Shown: piece after piece, positions 21,600-32,187 of the stretch
How positions within the stretch are numbered: the stretch's first letter is position 1
Layout: every line of letters begins with the position of its first letter
Assembly (NCBI GenBank): GCA_963729605.1
Contig: CAVSNY010000004.1
Location: 256,001-320,000 of the forward strand
Reading direction: 5' to 3'
DNA from: an uncultured Gammaproteobacteria bacterium
Lineage (GTDB): Bacteria > Pseudomonadota > Gammaproteobacteria > DRLM01
DNA: 64,000 bases
Position numbers and translations under genes: made by a program
The notes under the pieces: model-generated
The model's database searches: none
Told to the model about the DNA's origin: nothing
Seen by the model: only the letters and a program-made list of their open reading frames with translations

Positions 21600-23855
21600 G
21601 TGAAAAGAAAACCATCCATACAACGGCGCAAAGCCAAGCAAACAGCGCCGGCGGCGCCGATGACGAGTGTTTTGCCTTTGGGGGCGATGATGTTGGCCGG
21701 CCTGTCGTTGACGGCCTACGCGGAAGAACCCGCCGCCGTGTCGCAGGACGAACAGGTGATGTCGGCCGTCAAGGTGCAGGCCGACGGCGAGATTCCGCAG
21801 GACGGTTATCAAGGCACCAGCACCCGGGTGGGCAAGGTGCTGCAAAATCCCCATGACGTGCCGCAGGCCGTGACCACCGTCACCCGCACCCTTATGGACG
21901 AGCAGAAGGCCAGCTCGCTGCGCGAGGCGCTGCGCAACGTCTCCGGCCTGACCTTCAACGCGGCGGAGGGCGGCCGCTCCGGCGACAACATGATGCTGCG
22001 CGGTTTTTACACCTTCGGCGACATCTATCTCGATGGCATCCGCGACACCGCGCAATACAATCGTGAGGTATTCAACCTGGAGCAGGTGGACGTGCTGCGC
22101 GGCGCGGCGGCGATGTTGTTCGGCCGCGGTCAGGCCGGCGGTGTCATCAATCAGGTCAGCAAGACACCCTTCCTCGCCGACCGCGGCAAGGTCGGCGCCG
22201 CGGTCGGCACCGACGATTATTACCAGCTCACCGGCGATTTCAACCAGCGTCTGGGTGAGACCACTGCGCTGCGTCTCAACGTGATGAAACGTGACGAAGG
22301 CAGCTGGCGCGGCAACCCGGCGAGCGGCGACGGGCCCGATATCCATCGTGACGGCATCGCGCCCAGCATCGGCTTCGGTCTCGGCACCGACAACGAATTC
22401 ATCCTCAGCCACGTCCTAACCCGTACCGACGATATTCCGGATTACGGCATCAGATTCAACACGGACACGCGTAAGCCGAGCACCAACTTTCCCGCGAGCA
22501 CCTTCTGGGGCACCGATCGCCACTTCGACGAAAGCGAGACCAACATCTCGACCGCGACTTATACCCATCACTTATCGCCCCGCAGTGCATGGCGCACCCA
22601 ACTGCGTTATGGCGATTATGAACGCAGCTATTGGGCGAGGACGCCGAGCGCGACCGATGCCCCCAATGCGCAAGGCACCGTGCTGGGCGGCAACGGCGCG
22701 CCGAACGGCGGCCCGACCCGCGCCATGGAATATAAGACGGTGACCCTCCAGACGGACTTCAACAACGCGTTCCAGGCCTTGGGCATGCAGCACGAATTCC
22801 TGGTGGGCGCCGAATATTTGAAGGAAGACAGCTTCCGCCACAGTCTACAAAACTTGGGAGGCACCACCGTCGATAATCCGCCTTTCTTCCTGCCCTATCA
22901 GATTAACAGCGCGGGTACGCCGGTCGAGTTCGACGCCAATTCCTACGCCTTGTACGCGCAGGATACCGTGGAGTTCATCCCCAAATGGAAGGCCACGCTG
23001 GGCGCGCGCCGCGACGAGTTGGATGCGGATTTCTCCAGCACCACCTCGCCGCAGCTTTCCTACGGCGAATGGAGCACGCGCGCCGCGCTGTCATTCCACC
23101 CCGCGGACGAAACCCACTATTACGTGGCCTACAGCGATTCCTTCAGCCCGACCGCGGACCTCTATCAACTCACCGTCGTGCCGCAGCCGCCGGAACGCAG
23201 CCGAGTCCTGGAGCTGGGCACCAAGTGGATGCTGTTCGACGGTGATTTGGCGGTACGTGCCGCAGTCTATCGTGCCGAGAAGGAATGGGAACGCAACAAC
23301 GATCTCGAATCCACCGCGGCCATCTTGACCAAGGAACGCCGCACCGATGGCGTGGAACTCGAACTCGCCGGACGCGTCACCGACAAGTGGGAGGTCTTCT
23401 CCGGACTGGCCTTGATGGATTCGGAGATTTTGGAAGTGGCCGAGAACGTCAACCCCAACACCGGGGCGACCACGGTCGGCAATCCCGGTTATAAAGGTCA
23501 GCGCGCGCGCAATACCCCGCCCTACACGTTCAACGTGTGGACGACCTATAAATTGGTCGGCGGCTGGAAGATCGGCGGCGGTGCCGAGGCCAAGGGTGAA
23601 CGTTACGGCTACAACCCGAGCGGCGCGGGCGCGATACCGACCTTGCCGAACCAGACCGCGTTCCACCCCAACACCGCCCCGGCCTATGTGCGCTGGGATG
23701 CGATGCTGGCCTACGAACAGCGTAAATATGCGTTGACCTTGAACGTGCAGAATTTGTTCGACGAGGTCTACTACGACGCCCTGTACGACAACGGCACCCT
23801 GGTCGTGCCGGGTCAGGGACGCAGGCTGATCGTGTCCGGCGAGTACAAGTTCTAA
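21600..23855 (+). CDS. TonB-dependent siderophore receptor (Fiu/PiuA-like)
   Basis: Plug VPQAVTTV...LRNVSGLTF...EQVDVLRG...GGVINQVSK; C-terminal YKF; upstream of piuC. Confidence 0.9.
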   Translation: MKRKPSIQRRKAKQTAPAAPMTSVLPLGAMMLAGLSLTAYAEEPAAVSQDEQVMSAVKVQADGEIPQDGYQGTSTRVGKVLQNPHDVPQAVTTVTRTLMDEQKASSLREALRNVSGLTFNAAEGGRSGDNMMLRGFYTFGDIYLDGIRDTAQYNREVFNLEQVDVLRGAAAMLFGRGQAGGVINQVSKTPFLADRGKVGAAVGTDDYYQLTGDFNQRLGETTALRLNVMKRDEGSWRGNPASGDGPDIHRDGIAPSIGFGLGTDNEFILSHVLTRTDDIPDYGIRFNTDTRKPSTNFPASTFWGTDRHFDESETNISTATYTHHLSPRSAWRTQLRYGDYERSYWARTPSATDAPNAQGTVLGGNGAPNGGPTRAMEYKTVTLQTDFNNAFQALGMQHEFLVGAEYLKEDSFRHSLQNLGGTTVDNPPFFLPYQINSAGTPVEFDANSYALYAQDTVEFIPKWKATLGARRDELDADFSSTTSPQLSYGEWSTRAALSFHPADETHYYVAYSDSFSPTADLYQLTVVPQPPERSRVLELGTKWMLFDGDLAVRAAVYRAEKEWERNNDLESTAAILTKERRTDGVELELAGRVTDKWEVFSGLALMDSEILEVAENVNPNTGATTVGNPGYKGQRARNTPPYTFNVWTTYKLVGGWKIGGGAEAKGERYGYNPSGAGAIPTLPNQTAFHPNTAPAYVRWDAMLAYEQRKYALTLNVQNLFDEVYYDALYDNGTLVVPGQGRRLIVSGEYKF

Positions 23856-24050
23856 GCGTGTGCTGCTGGCACAGGGACGTGCTGGCGCCGTTCAAATGTG
23901 TTTGAACGACAGGTAAAGCGAGTTTTTTGCTTTGCAATCTGAAAAAGTCCAGGATGGGTTTTTCAGGAATTATTTAAGCAAGCCGAGCGCACCGGCGTTC
24001 CGCAGGGGCGGGGCGAAGGTGGCGCGGTGCGGTATCAAGGAGTGTTGGTC

Positions 24051-24734
24051 ATGCTCATCACCATCGACGAGGTGTTGACAGCCGCGGAACTCGCGGCCAT
24101 GCGGGATTTGCTGAAGCGTTCGCGGTGGGCGCACGGTGAGATCACCGCCGGCACCCAATCGGCCAAGGTGAAAAACAACCAGCAGTTGGCCGAGGATGCC
24201 GAGCATTTACCGGCGTTGCGCCGGATGGTGCTGAGTGCCTTGAATCGCAATCCGCTGTTCTTCACCGCGGTGTTGCCGCGGCGGATATTTCCACCGCTGT
24301 TTAATCGTTACGGAGGAGAAGCCAACTCCTTCGGCAACCATATCGACAATGCCATGCGGCCGCTACCCGACGGCAGCGATTACCTTCGCACCGATGTCTC
24401 CGCCACCTTGTTTCTCGCCGAAGCGGATGAATACGACGGCGGTGAATTGGTGATCGAAGATACCTTCGGTACCCATGGAGTCAAACCCGCGGCCGGCAGC
24501 ATGGTGGTGTATGACGCGTCGTCCGTCCATCAAGTCACGCCGGTCACGCGCGGACAGCGGCTGGCCTGTTTCATGTGGATGCAAAGCATGGTGCGCGACC
24601 CCGGTCGGCGCCGTTTGCTGTATGAAATGGATATGGCCTTGTTACAGCTGCGCCAAACGCACGGCGACACCGACCCGGTCATCCGCCTCACCGGCACCTA
24701 CCATAATTTGTTGCGGAGCTGGGCGGAGATCTGA
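24051..24734 (+). CDS. piuC: PKHD-type Fe(II)/2OG dioxygenase PiuC/YbiX
   Basis: [47 protein letters not shown]. Confidence 0.92.
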   Translation: MLITIDEVLTAAELAAMRDLLKRSRWAHGEITAGTQSAKVKNNQQLAEDAEHLPALRRMVLSALNRNPLFFTAVLPRRIFPPLFNRYGGEANSFGNHIDNAMRPLPDGSDYLRTDVSATLFLAEADEYDGGELVIEDTFGTHGVKPAAGSMVVYDASSVHQVTPVTRGQRLACFMWMQSMVRDPGRRRLLYEMDMALLQLRQTHGDTDPVIRLTGTYHNLLRSWAEI

Positions 24735-25102
24735 TCTAACCTCAGCTGCTGACCGGCGATCCACAGGGTAGTGGAGAAACGTCGGGGTGAAAATCCGGCG
24801 TCAGATGCACCCGTTGGTGTTCGCCGCCCGACAGGCTGGGATAACGGCGGGTCGCGAGATGGGTCACGCCCGCCATGGCCATAGTCTCGGCGGATGGCCC
24901 GATCGGGAAAAATCCCTTACTGACGCAGTATTCAAAGACAAGACTATACTTTGACGAGCCGGGATTTAAATTGAAGCGGCGTGGATGAAGATCGCAGTGT
25001 GCCTGTCCGTCGCGCGGGGCTTGAAAATCAAGCCGCCGCGCGTAGCATGAATCCCACGGCGGGTGAATTTAAAATGATCCGCCATGACCCCGGAGGGCGC
25101 TG

Positions 25103-26050
25103 ATGAAATATAAAGATTACTACGCTATCTTGGGTGTCGAGCGCGGCGCCGAGCCCGCGGAGATCAAAAAGGCGTACCGCAAACTCGCGCGCAAATACCA
25201 TCCGGACGTCTCCAAGGAAAAGGGCGCGGAGGAAAGATTCAAGGAAATCGCCGAGGCCTATCAAACCCTCAAGGATCCGGAAAAACGCGCCGCCTACGAT
25301 CAATTGGGCAATTATCAGCCCGGTCAAGAATTCAAACCGCCGCCGGATTGGCGGCAGCAGTATAGCGATCAACCGTTTTCCTTCGATGATATCGATCTCT
25401 CCGATCTGTTCGCCGGCCTGCGTGGCGGCGGGCGGCGTGAACGCGGCAGTATGTCCGGCCAGGACTACGAGGTTTCGGTGCACCTCACGCTTGAAGAGGC
25501 CTATCGCGGCATCGAGGTAAATCTGGATTTGACCGTGCCCGAATACGATAAGCAGGGTTACGTGCACCGGGTGCCGCACGCCTTCAAGGCGCGTATCCCC
25601 AAAGGCGCCACCGACGGGCAACGTTTGCGCGTGGCGGGCAAGGGCGGCAAAGGATTGCACGGGGGGCGCGATGGCGATCTCTATCTCAACATCGTGCTGC
25701 ATCCCCATCCCCTGTTTCGCGTGAGTGGCCACGATTTGTATTTGGATTTGCCGCTCGCGCCCTGGGAGGCCGTGCTCGGCGCCACGCTGCAAGTGCCGAC
25801 ACCGGGTGGATCGGTACGGCTCAAGGTGCCGCCGGGTACGCGTGCCGGGCAACAATTGCGGCTGCCCAAACGTGGTCTGCCGCGCCCGCGCGGGGAAGCG
25901 GGCGACCTCTTCGCGATCGCGCAGATCGTCGTGCCCGGTGTAGTGAACGAACAGGAGCGGGCGCTATTTCAACAACTCGCCGACAACTCGGCGTTCAACC
26001 CGCGCGCGCATTTCGAACAGGAGGCAGGCCATGCGCATCGAACTGACTGA
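25103..26050 (+). CDS. cbpA: Curved DNA-binding DnaJ-class chaperone CbpA
   Basis: MKYKDYY, KYHPD J-domain, PPPDW, DnaJ C-terminal domain without zinc finger; followed by cbpM. Confidence 0.93.
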   Translation: MKYKDYYAILGVERGAEPAEIKKAYRKLARKYHPDVSKEKGAEERFKEIAEAYQTLKDPEKRAAYDQLGNYQPGQEFKPPPDWRQQYSDQPFSFDDIDLSDLFAGLRGGGRRERGSMSGQDYEVSVHLTLEEAYRGIEVNLDLTVPEYDKQGYVHRVPHAFKARIPKGATDGQRLRVAGKGGKGLHGGRDGDLYLNIVLHPHPLFRVSGHDLYLDLPLAPWEAVLGATLQVPTPGGSVRLKVPPGTRAGQQLRLPKRGLPRPRGEAGDLFAIAQIVVPGVVNEQERALFQQLADNSAFNPRAHFEQEAGHAHRTD

Positions 26051-26357
26051 GCTGCTCTGGCTGGATCAGCAGCGCGATTTTTCGCTGGTGGATATCGTTG
26101 AATTATCCGGATTGCCTGAAGCGGAGCTGCGCGCATTGGTGGAGTGCGGGGTCCTGGCGCCGGCCGATCCCGCCGCCGCGGAGTGGCGGTTCGGCGCCGA
26201 CTGCTTGTTGGCCGCCCGCGCCGCCTGTCGCTTGCGCGAGGATTTCGAACTCGATAGTCAGGGTTTGGCGGTGGCCTTGACGCTGATGGAACGGATTCAC
26301 GATCTCGAAAGGCAATTGGGCGAACTGCGCGCGCGATCGCCGCGGCGCATGGCTTGA
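26031..26357 (+). CDS. cbpM: Chaperone modulator CbpM
   Basis: MerR-like HTH (LVECGVLAP, RLREDFEL); overlaps cbpA. Confidence 0.88.
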   Translation: MRIELTELLWLDQQRDFSLVDIVELSGLPEAELRALVECGVLAPADPAAAEWRFGADCLLAARAACRLREDFELDSQGLAVALTLMERIHDLERQLGELRARSPRRMA

Positions 26358-26501
26358 CCATGATTTATGGGAAGTGCCGATTCCTTTCCTCTTGAAATTT
26401 TCAGAATACAAAAACGCAATACGGAATTTTATTTCCCCGCATTTTCGATAGCGCTACATCCGTGCCGCAGGAATTCTCGATTGATATGGATGTTGCGGCG
26501 T

Positions 26502-28109
26502 TTAATGCAGCCGGGGCATGATTTCCAGTAGCGTTTTCAAGTCCACCTTGCGCAAAGACACCCATCCCTCCGATGTCAACGCCTCGATTTTGTCGGGTGA
26601 GATGGGGATGTCTTTTATCAATCTGACGTATTTATCCTTGGGATGTTGCGGATCGATTTCCATGGCGGGTATGTGATCGGCCTCGATCTTGAACCGCAAC
26701 AAGATCGGCTCCCGCTCGGTGACGTCGTGTTCGGAATAAAGACCTTTGCCGAATTGCTCCTCCGTGTATTCGAAGCGCTGATTGGTATACAGCTTGATGT
26801 TGTCGCGGCTGGAGGTGGTGGCTATTCTCCTCACCGAGTGTTTTTGTGAACCTTCTATCATCTCTCGGTCGCCGGTAACTTCGCTGGTTTCGCTGGCGCC
26901 GCCCTTGCCACCGCCGAGTTTGGGATCCAGGCCGGAACCTAGGACACCCGAGCCCGGTTTGGCCAGTTCGGGATGGGACAGGATGTTGCGCAGCGTGGTC
27001 AGATGAAAGACGTATTTCCCGATATTGTCTTCCCGGGCATAACCTACCGAAACGCCGCCCGCCTTGGGCGCGCCGCTGGTCTCTTCGAATTCGGATTGCT
27101 TCAATTTTTGTTTGTGCGAGGTCAGGGTGGTGACCTGGCCTTTCTCGATCCGGTGGGCGACGGTGGTGATGATGAAGGGGGAATAGTCGTGCTTGGGGAG
27201 TTCATCGGGTGTTTCATCGCGCTCGACTATGCTGTTGTCGGTGTCGAGCGGGGTGAAACCCAGTTCTACCCAGGCCGTATAAGGCCGGACGATTTTTTGG
27301 AATTTCAGCAAGGCCCGGTTCTCGTCCGAAAGATGTTCTATGACGAAATACATGTCGTCGGCGTGTTTGCCGGCATACCATCTCACCCCCGCCAAGGTGG
27401 TATGCCACTGATAATAATCCTGGTGAAAAGGCGAGGGTTTCCATACTCCTTGCAGTGGAGCGGCGTGATCCTGCGTGCCGCGGTTTTGTAAAGGCGTCAG
27501 CGCGCCGGTTTGTAAATTCTCGCCGCCGGCTTGCAGCGCGCGTGCCCCCATCCTGTCCGCCTCGCTTTCCAAACGGGCATCATCGTTGATCTGGGCGCCG
27601 GCCATCTGCAGGGTGGGTTTGACCCGCCCCTGTTGTTGCTGCACCACATGCCAGGCTTCGTGGGGCAGGTGTTTTTCCTGGCCCGTCGCCAGATGGATGT
27701 CGCGGCCTTGGGCAAAGGCATGGGCGTTTAATTGCGCGGGCTTGGAAGAATGATAGTGAACCTTGACATCGTGCATGGCGACGCCCGACAGATGTTCAAT
27801 ACCGGTTTGCAGTTTTTGAGGTAAGCCGCTTTTGGAAGGCGATCGCCGCGATGAATCCTGTAGTGCCTCTATGCGAGAACGCTGCAAGGTGGCGCCCGGG
27901 CTGACATCCGCCATGGATTGCGCGCGGGCGGCGAGTTGGAAATCAGGGCCACTCGGGAGGCCTGACCGCAATTTGTTTTGGACCACGGACGCGGGCCGCT
28001 GGTCTTGAAAAGCAAGCGCGGCCGGCGACGAGTTGGCGGTGCGGTTACGGATGGAGTGAACGATCCCGCTTTCGGCGACGGCGGTTTGCCGGTCCTGGCC
28101 TGTTTTCAT
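26502..28109 (-). CDS. DUF4157 (eCIS core domain) protein with uncharacterised, possibly ADP-ribosyltransferase-like C-terminus
   Basis: GLPQKLQTGIEHLSG, DVKVHY, AHAFAQG, HLPHEAWHVVQQ, LESEADRMG identify DUF4157; the C-terminal call is inferred. Confidence 0.85.
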   Translation of the reverse strand: MKTGQDRQTAVAESGIVHSIRNRTANSSPAALAFQDQRPASVVQNKLRSGLPSGPDFQLAARAQSMADVSPGATLQRSRIEALQDSSRRSPSKSGLPQKLQTGIEHLSGVAMHDVKVHYHSSKPAQLNAHAFAQGRDIHLATGQEKHLPHEAWHVVQQQQGRVKPTLQMAGAQINDDARLESEADRMGARALQAGGENLQTGALTPLQNRGTQDHAAPLQGVWKPSPFHQDYYQWHTTLAGVRWYAGKHADDMYFVIEHLSDENRALLKFQKIVRPYTAWVELGFTPLDTDNSIVERDETPDELPKHDYSPFIITTVAHRIEKGQVTTLTSHKQKLKQSEFEETSGAPKAGGVSVGYAREDNIGKYVFHLTTLRNILSHPELAKPGSGVLGSGLDPKLGGGKGGASETSEVTGDREMIEGSQKHSVRRIATTSSRDNIKLYTNQRFEYTEEQFGKGLYSEHDVTEREPILLRFKIEADHIPAMEIDPQHPKDKYVRLIKDIPISPDKIEALTSEGWVSLRKVDLKTLLEIMPRLH

Positions 28110-28510
28110 GGCGATTCCCTGGTGATTTATACGCCCGAAGAGATGATCTTACCGCGCGCCATGCCACGTCAACCTGAAAATTATGGTCGCGGCGAAGATA
28201 TCGTGAAACTACCGGTTGCCGTGTAAAAACTTCTCTTTCATGGCAAACACTACAGCCGACTCGCGGTTAACTTTACGCGATGCGCGTGATGAGTGGCGAT
28301 GGCCTTTTTTATTTTAAATGATCACGACTCACTCAAGTCTTTGCCGAGCGGGATAAATATTCGAAGGTGGCGCTAAAGATCCGGATTTTTCCGTCTCCAT
28401 GTACTGAAGTGGCATTCCATGTGCAACCCAACAAGCAGCGACTGTGATAACGACAGCGTTGATGAAAAATTCTGGTTGTAAATTTTATTTGAATCAATTA
28501 GGAGGATGTC

Positions 28511-28906
28511 ATGAAAAAACAACTCGCTATCACCGTTCTTGCGGTGAGTTTCAGCATGGCGGCCGGCGCGGATTCCCTGTCGGGCAATGCCTCGGGCAAG
28601 GCCGGCGTGGGTGTGCAAGGCCAAGCTCAATTTAAGGACCTCGATACCAACGGCGATGGTGTCATCAGCAAAGAAGAGGCCCAGGGCCACTCCCAGATCT
28701 CCAGCAAGTTTTCCGATCTGGACAAGAATCGCAACGGTAAACTTGAGCAAGGCGAGTTCGCTCGATTCGAGACCGCTCCGCGCGATGGCACCAGCGCCCC
28801 GTCGGGTGCCGATCGCGACCGTATGCTGGATCGTAATGCCGATCCCATGAATCGCGGTGATGGTACGGGTTCGACTACCCGGCCGAACACCGGAGGCATG
28901 AATTAA
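28511..28906 (+). CDS. Secreted EF-hand calcium-binding protein
   Basis: Signal peptide; DTNGDGVISKEE and DKNRNGKLEQGE loops; AGGAGG RBS. Confidence 0.88.
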   Translation: MKKQLAITVLAVSFSMAAGADSLSGNASGKAGVGVQGQAQFKDLDTNGDGVISKEEAQGHSQISSKFSDLDKNRNGKLEQGEFARFETAPRDGTSAPSGADRDRMLDRNADPMNRGDGTGSTTRPNTGGMN

Positions 28907-29437
28907 GTCGATCGGATACGCGCATGACGCGATCAGCTAATGGCATAAGGATGTGCCGACGCAACCCTCCCCCCTCCCCGGGTTGCGGAGAGTCCCGAGG
29001 GGCTCCAGGGCGTGGCTGGGCGGCGTGCAGCCGTCCAGCCACTTTTTTTCGCGGTATTTGGCGATAAAGTCTTGTGTGGAATCTCCAGACTGGATAAGGG
29101 AAATATTGAAACCCGTCGCGCAAGTCCGGATTCAATTGTAAGGAGAACGACGTGGGAAAATATTTTATCGCGTGGCTGCTCGGCGTTCCGGGGATAGTTT
29201 TGATCCTTATTTATTTTCTAATGAATTAAACCGCGGCCGATTCGGCTGATTTATTTTCATTGATCAATTCTATTTAGAACGGTGCCGTTTCAAGCACGAC
29301 TGTAACAGGCAACCGCCGACGGTTTTTTTATCCACGACCAGGTGAATAATGTTCTTGGATGACGGCTTATATCCGCGTCCACGTATGCTGTGGACGATAG
29401 CGTCTAAGCGTTTCAATCAGCGGTGAGAGATTCCGCT

Positions 29438-30847
29438 ATGGGCACCCACGTTAAGCAGCGAATTAAGCGCGACGGAGTCGCCGCTTGTTGGGGAATGATC
29501 GCGGCGGTGAGTCTGACCGGATGCGCATCCTTGCCGGTTCTGGTGCCCGATATGGCCGCTCATCCGTCCCACCCCATCCGGCTCGAGGGCGCGCGTGGTC
29601 CGCTCTCGGTCAAACAAAGCCGTATGATCCTCGACGGGCTCAAAAGCCGGGACAAAGACAGCGATATTTTCGAGCGGCATCTGGCCTTGGAGGAAGTGAT
29701 CGTCGGCAGTCCATTGGTGGTCGGCAATGATGTATCGCTGCTGGAGGACGGTCCGGCCACTTTTAAGGCGATGTTCGACGCCATCCATAATGCAAAAGAC
29801 CATATCAATATGGAAACCTATATCCTCGACGATGACGAGGTGGGCAGGCGTTTCGCCGACGCGCTCATCGCGAAACAGGCGCAGGGGGTGCAGGTAAATT
29901 TAATTTATGACAGCGTGGGCACGCTTTATACCCCTCGCGAATTTTTCCAGCGTCTCGCCGACAACGGGGTTCAACTCCTGGAATTCAACCCCGTCAATCC
30001 GCTGAAGGCGAAAAAAGGTTGGGAGGTGAATCATCGCGATCACCGAAAACTATTGATCGTCGATGGCGAGACCGCGTTCCTCGGCGGTATCAACATCAGC
30101 AGCGTCTATTCGAGCAGTTCGTTCCGTCAGCGCCCCAAACCGCCCAGGTCGGACGGCCTGCCCTGGCGCGACACCCACTTCCAAGTTCAAGGGCCGGTGG
30201 TCGCCGAGCTGCAAAAGCTGTTTATCGAGACCTGGAAGAAACAGCAGGGCGCGCCCCTCGCGCCGAGGAATTATTTTCCTCCGCTCAGCAACCGGGGCCG
30301 GGAAGTGGTGCGCGCCATCGGCAGCTCGCCCGATTATGGCTATAGCCTGATTCATACGACCTTGCTTTCGGCGATCGGCAGCGCCGAGACCAGCATCTAT
30401 TTAACCAACGCGTATTTCGTTCCCGACCCGCAGTTGCTGGCCGCGCTCAAGCAGGCCGTTCGGCGCGGCGTGGATGTCAAAATCATCCTGCCGAGCAGTA
30501 CCGATTCCGGCTTGGTGTTCCATGCCGGACGTTCCTATTACGATGAGCTGTTGAGCAGCGGCGTTAAAATTTATGAACGCCATGAGGCCCTGCTGCACGC
30601 CAAGACCGCGCTGATCGACGGGGTATGGTCGACCATAGGATCGACCAACCTGGACTGGCGAAGCTTTCTGCACAACGATGAACTGAACGCGGTCGTCCTC
30701 GGTCCTAATTTCGGTAAGCAGATGTTGGCCATGTTCGAAAAGGACCTGGCGTCGTCGCGGCTAGTCACCCTCGAGCAATGGCGCAACAGATCGTTGACCC
30801 TGCGTTTAAAGGAAATGGCGGCGAAGATCTGGGCATATTGGTTATGA
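29438..30847 (+). CDS. cls: Cardiolipin synthase (ClsB-like phospholipase D)
   Basis: HRKLLIVD and HAKTALID HKD motifs, WRDTH, GSTNLDWRS; N-terminal LTGC lipobox. Confidence 0.9.
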   Translation: MGTHVKQRIKRDGVAACWGMIAAVSLTGCASLPVLVPDMAAHPSHPIRLEGARGPLSVKQSRMILDGLKSRDKDSDIFERHLALEEVIVGSPLVVGNDVSLLEDGPATFKAMFDAIHNAKDHINMETYILDDDEVGRRFADALIAKQAQGVQVNLIYDSVGTLYTPREFFQRLADNGVQLLEFNPVNPLKAKKGWEVNHRDHRKLLIVDGETAFLGGINISSVYSSSSFRQRPKPPRSDGLPWRDTHFQVQGPVVAELQKLFIETWKKQQGAPLAPRNYFPPLSNRGREVVRAIGSSPDYGYSLIHTTLLSAIGSAETSIYLTNAYFVPDPQLLAALKQAVRRGVDVKIILPSSTDSGLVFHAGRSYYDELLSSGVKIYERHEALLHAKTALIDGVWSTIGSTNLDWRSFLHNDELNAVVLGPNFGKQMLAMFEKDLASSRLVTLEQWRNRSLTLRLKEMAAKIWAYWL

Positions 30848-31857
30848 CGAACCGTAAGTTTTATTCGCCGGTCCGCGGCTATCACCAGCCAGATTGGCGG
30901 AATAAATTGGAAGGGATTGATTTGGGTATTCACTCTCGCTTGCCGCGGCATCGCTGGATTAGCCGGTTCAACCAGGCGGTGCTGAGTTTTTTGTTAATTA
31001 TGGTCTTGTATCCGGCCGTGGGCTGGACCCGGGCCGAGCCGGAGCAATCCGATCCGGTCGCGGCGCTGCGCAGTCAATATCAAGCCTTGAGCGATCAGTC
31101 CAAGGATAACCAGTTTCATGAGCCGCTTTATCTGCATTCCAATGAGACCGAGGATAAGCTGACGGGCGATATCCATGCGCTGATCGATCACCCGTTTTCA
31201 ACGGTGGCCGCGATGCTGGCCAAGGCGGAAAACTGGTGCGACATCCTGATCCTGCACCCCAACACCAAATATTGCCGCGCGGCGCCCGCCGAACCCGCCA
31301 CGGACATCGCCGTGTATGTCGGCCGCAAGTACGACCAGCCGCTGGAGGAGGCCTCGCGGGTAAATTTCAAATATAAGCTCGCCGAGAAGAATAGCGATTA
31401 TTTGCAAGTGCAATTACATGCCGACGCCGGTCCGCTCGGTACCCACGATTATCGAATCATGATCGAGGCCGTGGCGATGGACGACAAGCGCACCCTCATT
31501 CACTTTGCCTATTCTTATTCCTATGGCCTCATGAGCCGCCTGGCCATGCGGACCTATCTCGGCACGGTCGGCCGGGACAAGGTGGGATTCACCATCACCG
31601 GCCGCCAAGCAGACGGGCAACCCATTTACGTCAAAGGCATGCGCGGGGTGGTGGAACGCAACACCATGCGTTATTACCTGGCCATCGAAAGTTTTTTCGA
31701 TACGGCGGCGGTACCCGCGCCGGATAGGCTCGAAAAGCGGCTGAGCGATTGGTTCGCGGCGTCGGCGGTCTATTCGAAGCAACTTCATGAAATGGAACGC
31801 GATGAATATCTCGAAATGAAACGCAGTGAATATCGGCGGCAGAGCGAGACGCAATAG
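30844..31857 (+). CDS. Hypothetical exported protein coupled to cls
   Basis: ATGA overlap with the cls stop; hydrophobic N-terminal segment; long ORF with globular-looking motifs (NWCDILILHPNTKYC, ERNTMRYYLAI). Confidence 0.75.
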   Translation: MTNRKFYSPVRGYHQPDWRNKLEGIDLGIHSRLPRHRWISRFNQAVLSFLLIMVLYPAVGWTRAEPEQSDPVAALRSQYQALSDQSKDNQFHEPLYLHSNETEDKLTGDIHALIDHPFSTVAAMLAKAENWCDILILHPNTKYCRAAPAEPATDIAVYVGRKYDQPLEEASRVNFKYKLAEKNSDYLQVQLHADAGPLGTHDYRIMIEAVAMDDKRTLIHFAYSYSYGLMSRLAMRTYLGTVGRDKVGFTITGRQADGQPIYVKGMRGVVERNTMRYYLAIESFFDTAAVPAPDRLEKRLSDWFAASAVYSKQLHEMERDEYLEMKRSEYRRQSETQ

Positions 31858-31916
31858 CCATCCGCCGTACCGATGATGGCCAATCACGGTTGCGGCGGCG
31901 TGCGCGGAGGTGGGTC

Positions 31917-32063
31917 ATGGGGATGGAAATAGTCATCGGTTTAAGCGTGCTGGCGTTCGCCGGGGTGGGTTTCATTCTCTATTTGATCAAGCTCGATCGG
32001 CGGGCGAAGAAGCAGCAGAGCGAGGTCGATCCCGGCAAGCTGCGCAGGTGGGACGATAATTGA
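31917..32063 (+). CDS. Small single-TM protein (48 aa)
   Basis: GGAGG RBS; MGMEIVIGLSVLAFAGVGFILYLIKLDRRAKKQQSEVDPGKLRRWDDN. Confidence 0.6.
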   Translation: MGMEIVIGLSVLAFAGVGFILYLIKLDRRAKKQQSEVDPGKLRRWDDN

Positions 32064-32187
32064 GCAGTTCCATGAATTCGGGCGCGTGTTAAAAGAAGAG
32101 GCAAAGAAAAGGCGTTGCCGACTTGCCCCGTTTGAATAGGAGTCGATAGTATCCGCTTTTGGAAAACACCTATTCAGAGGACAGGTC

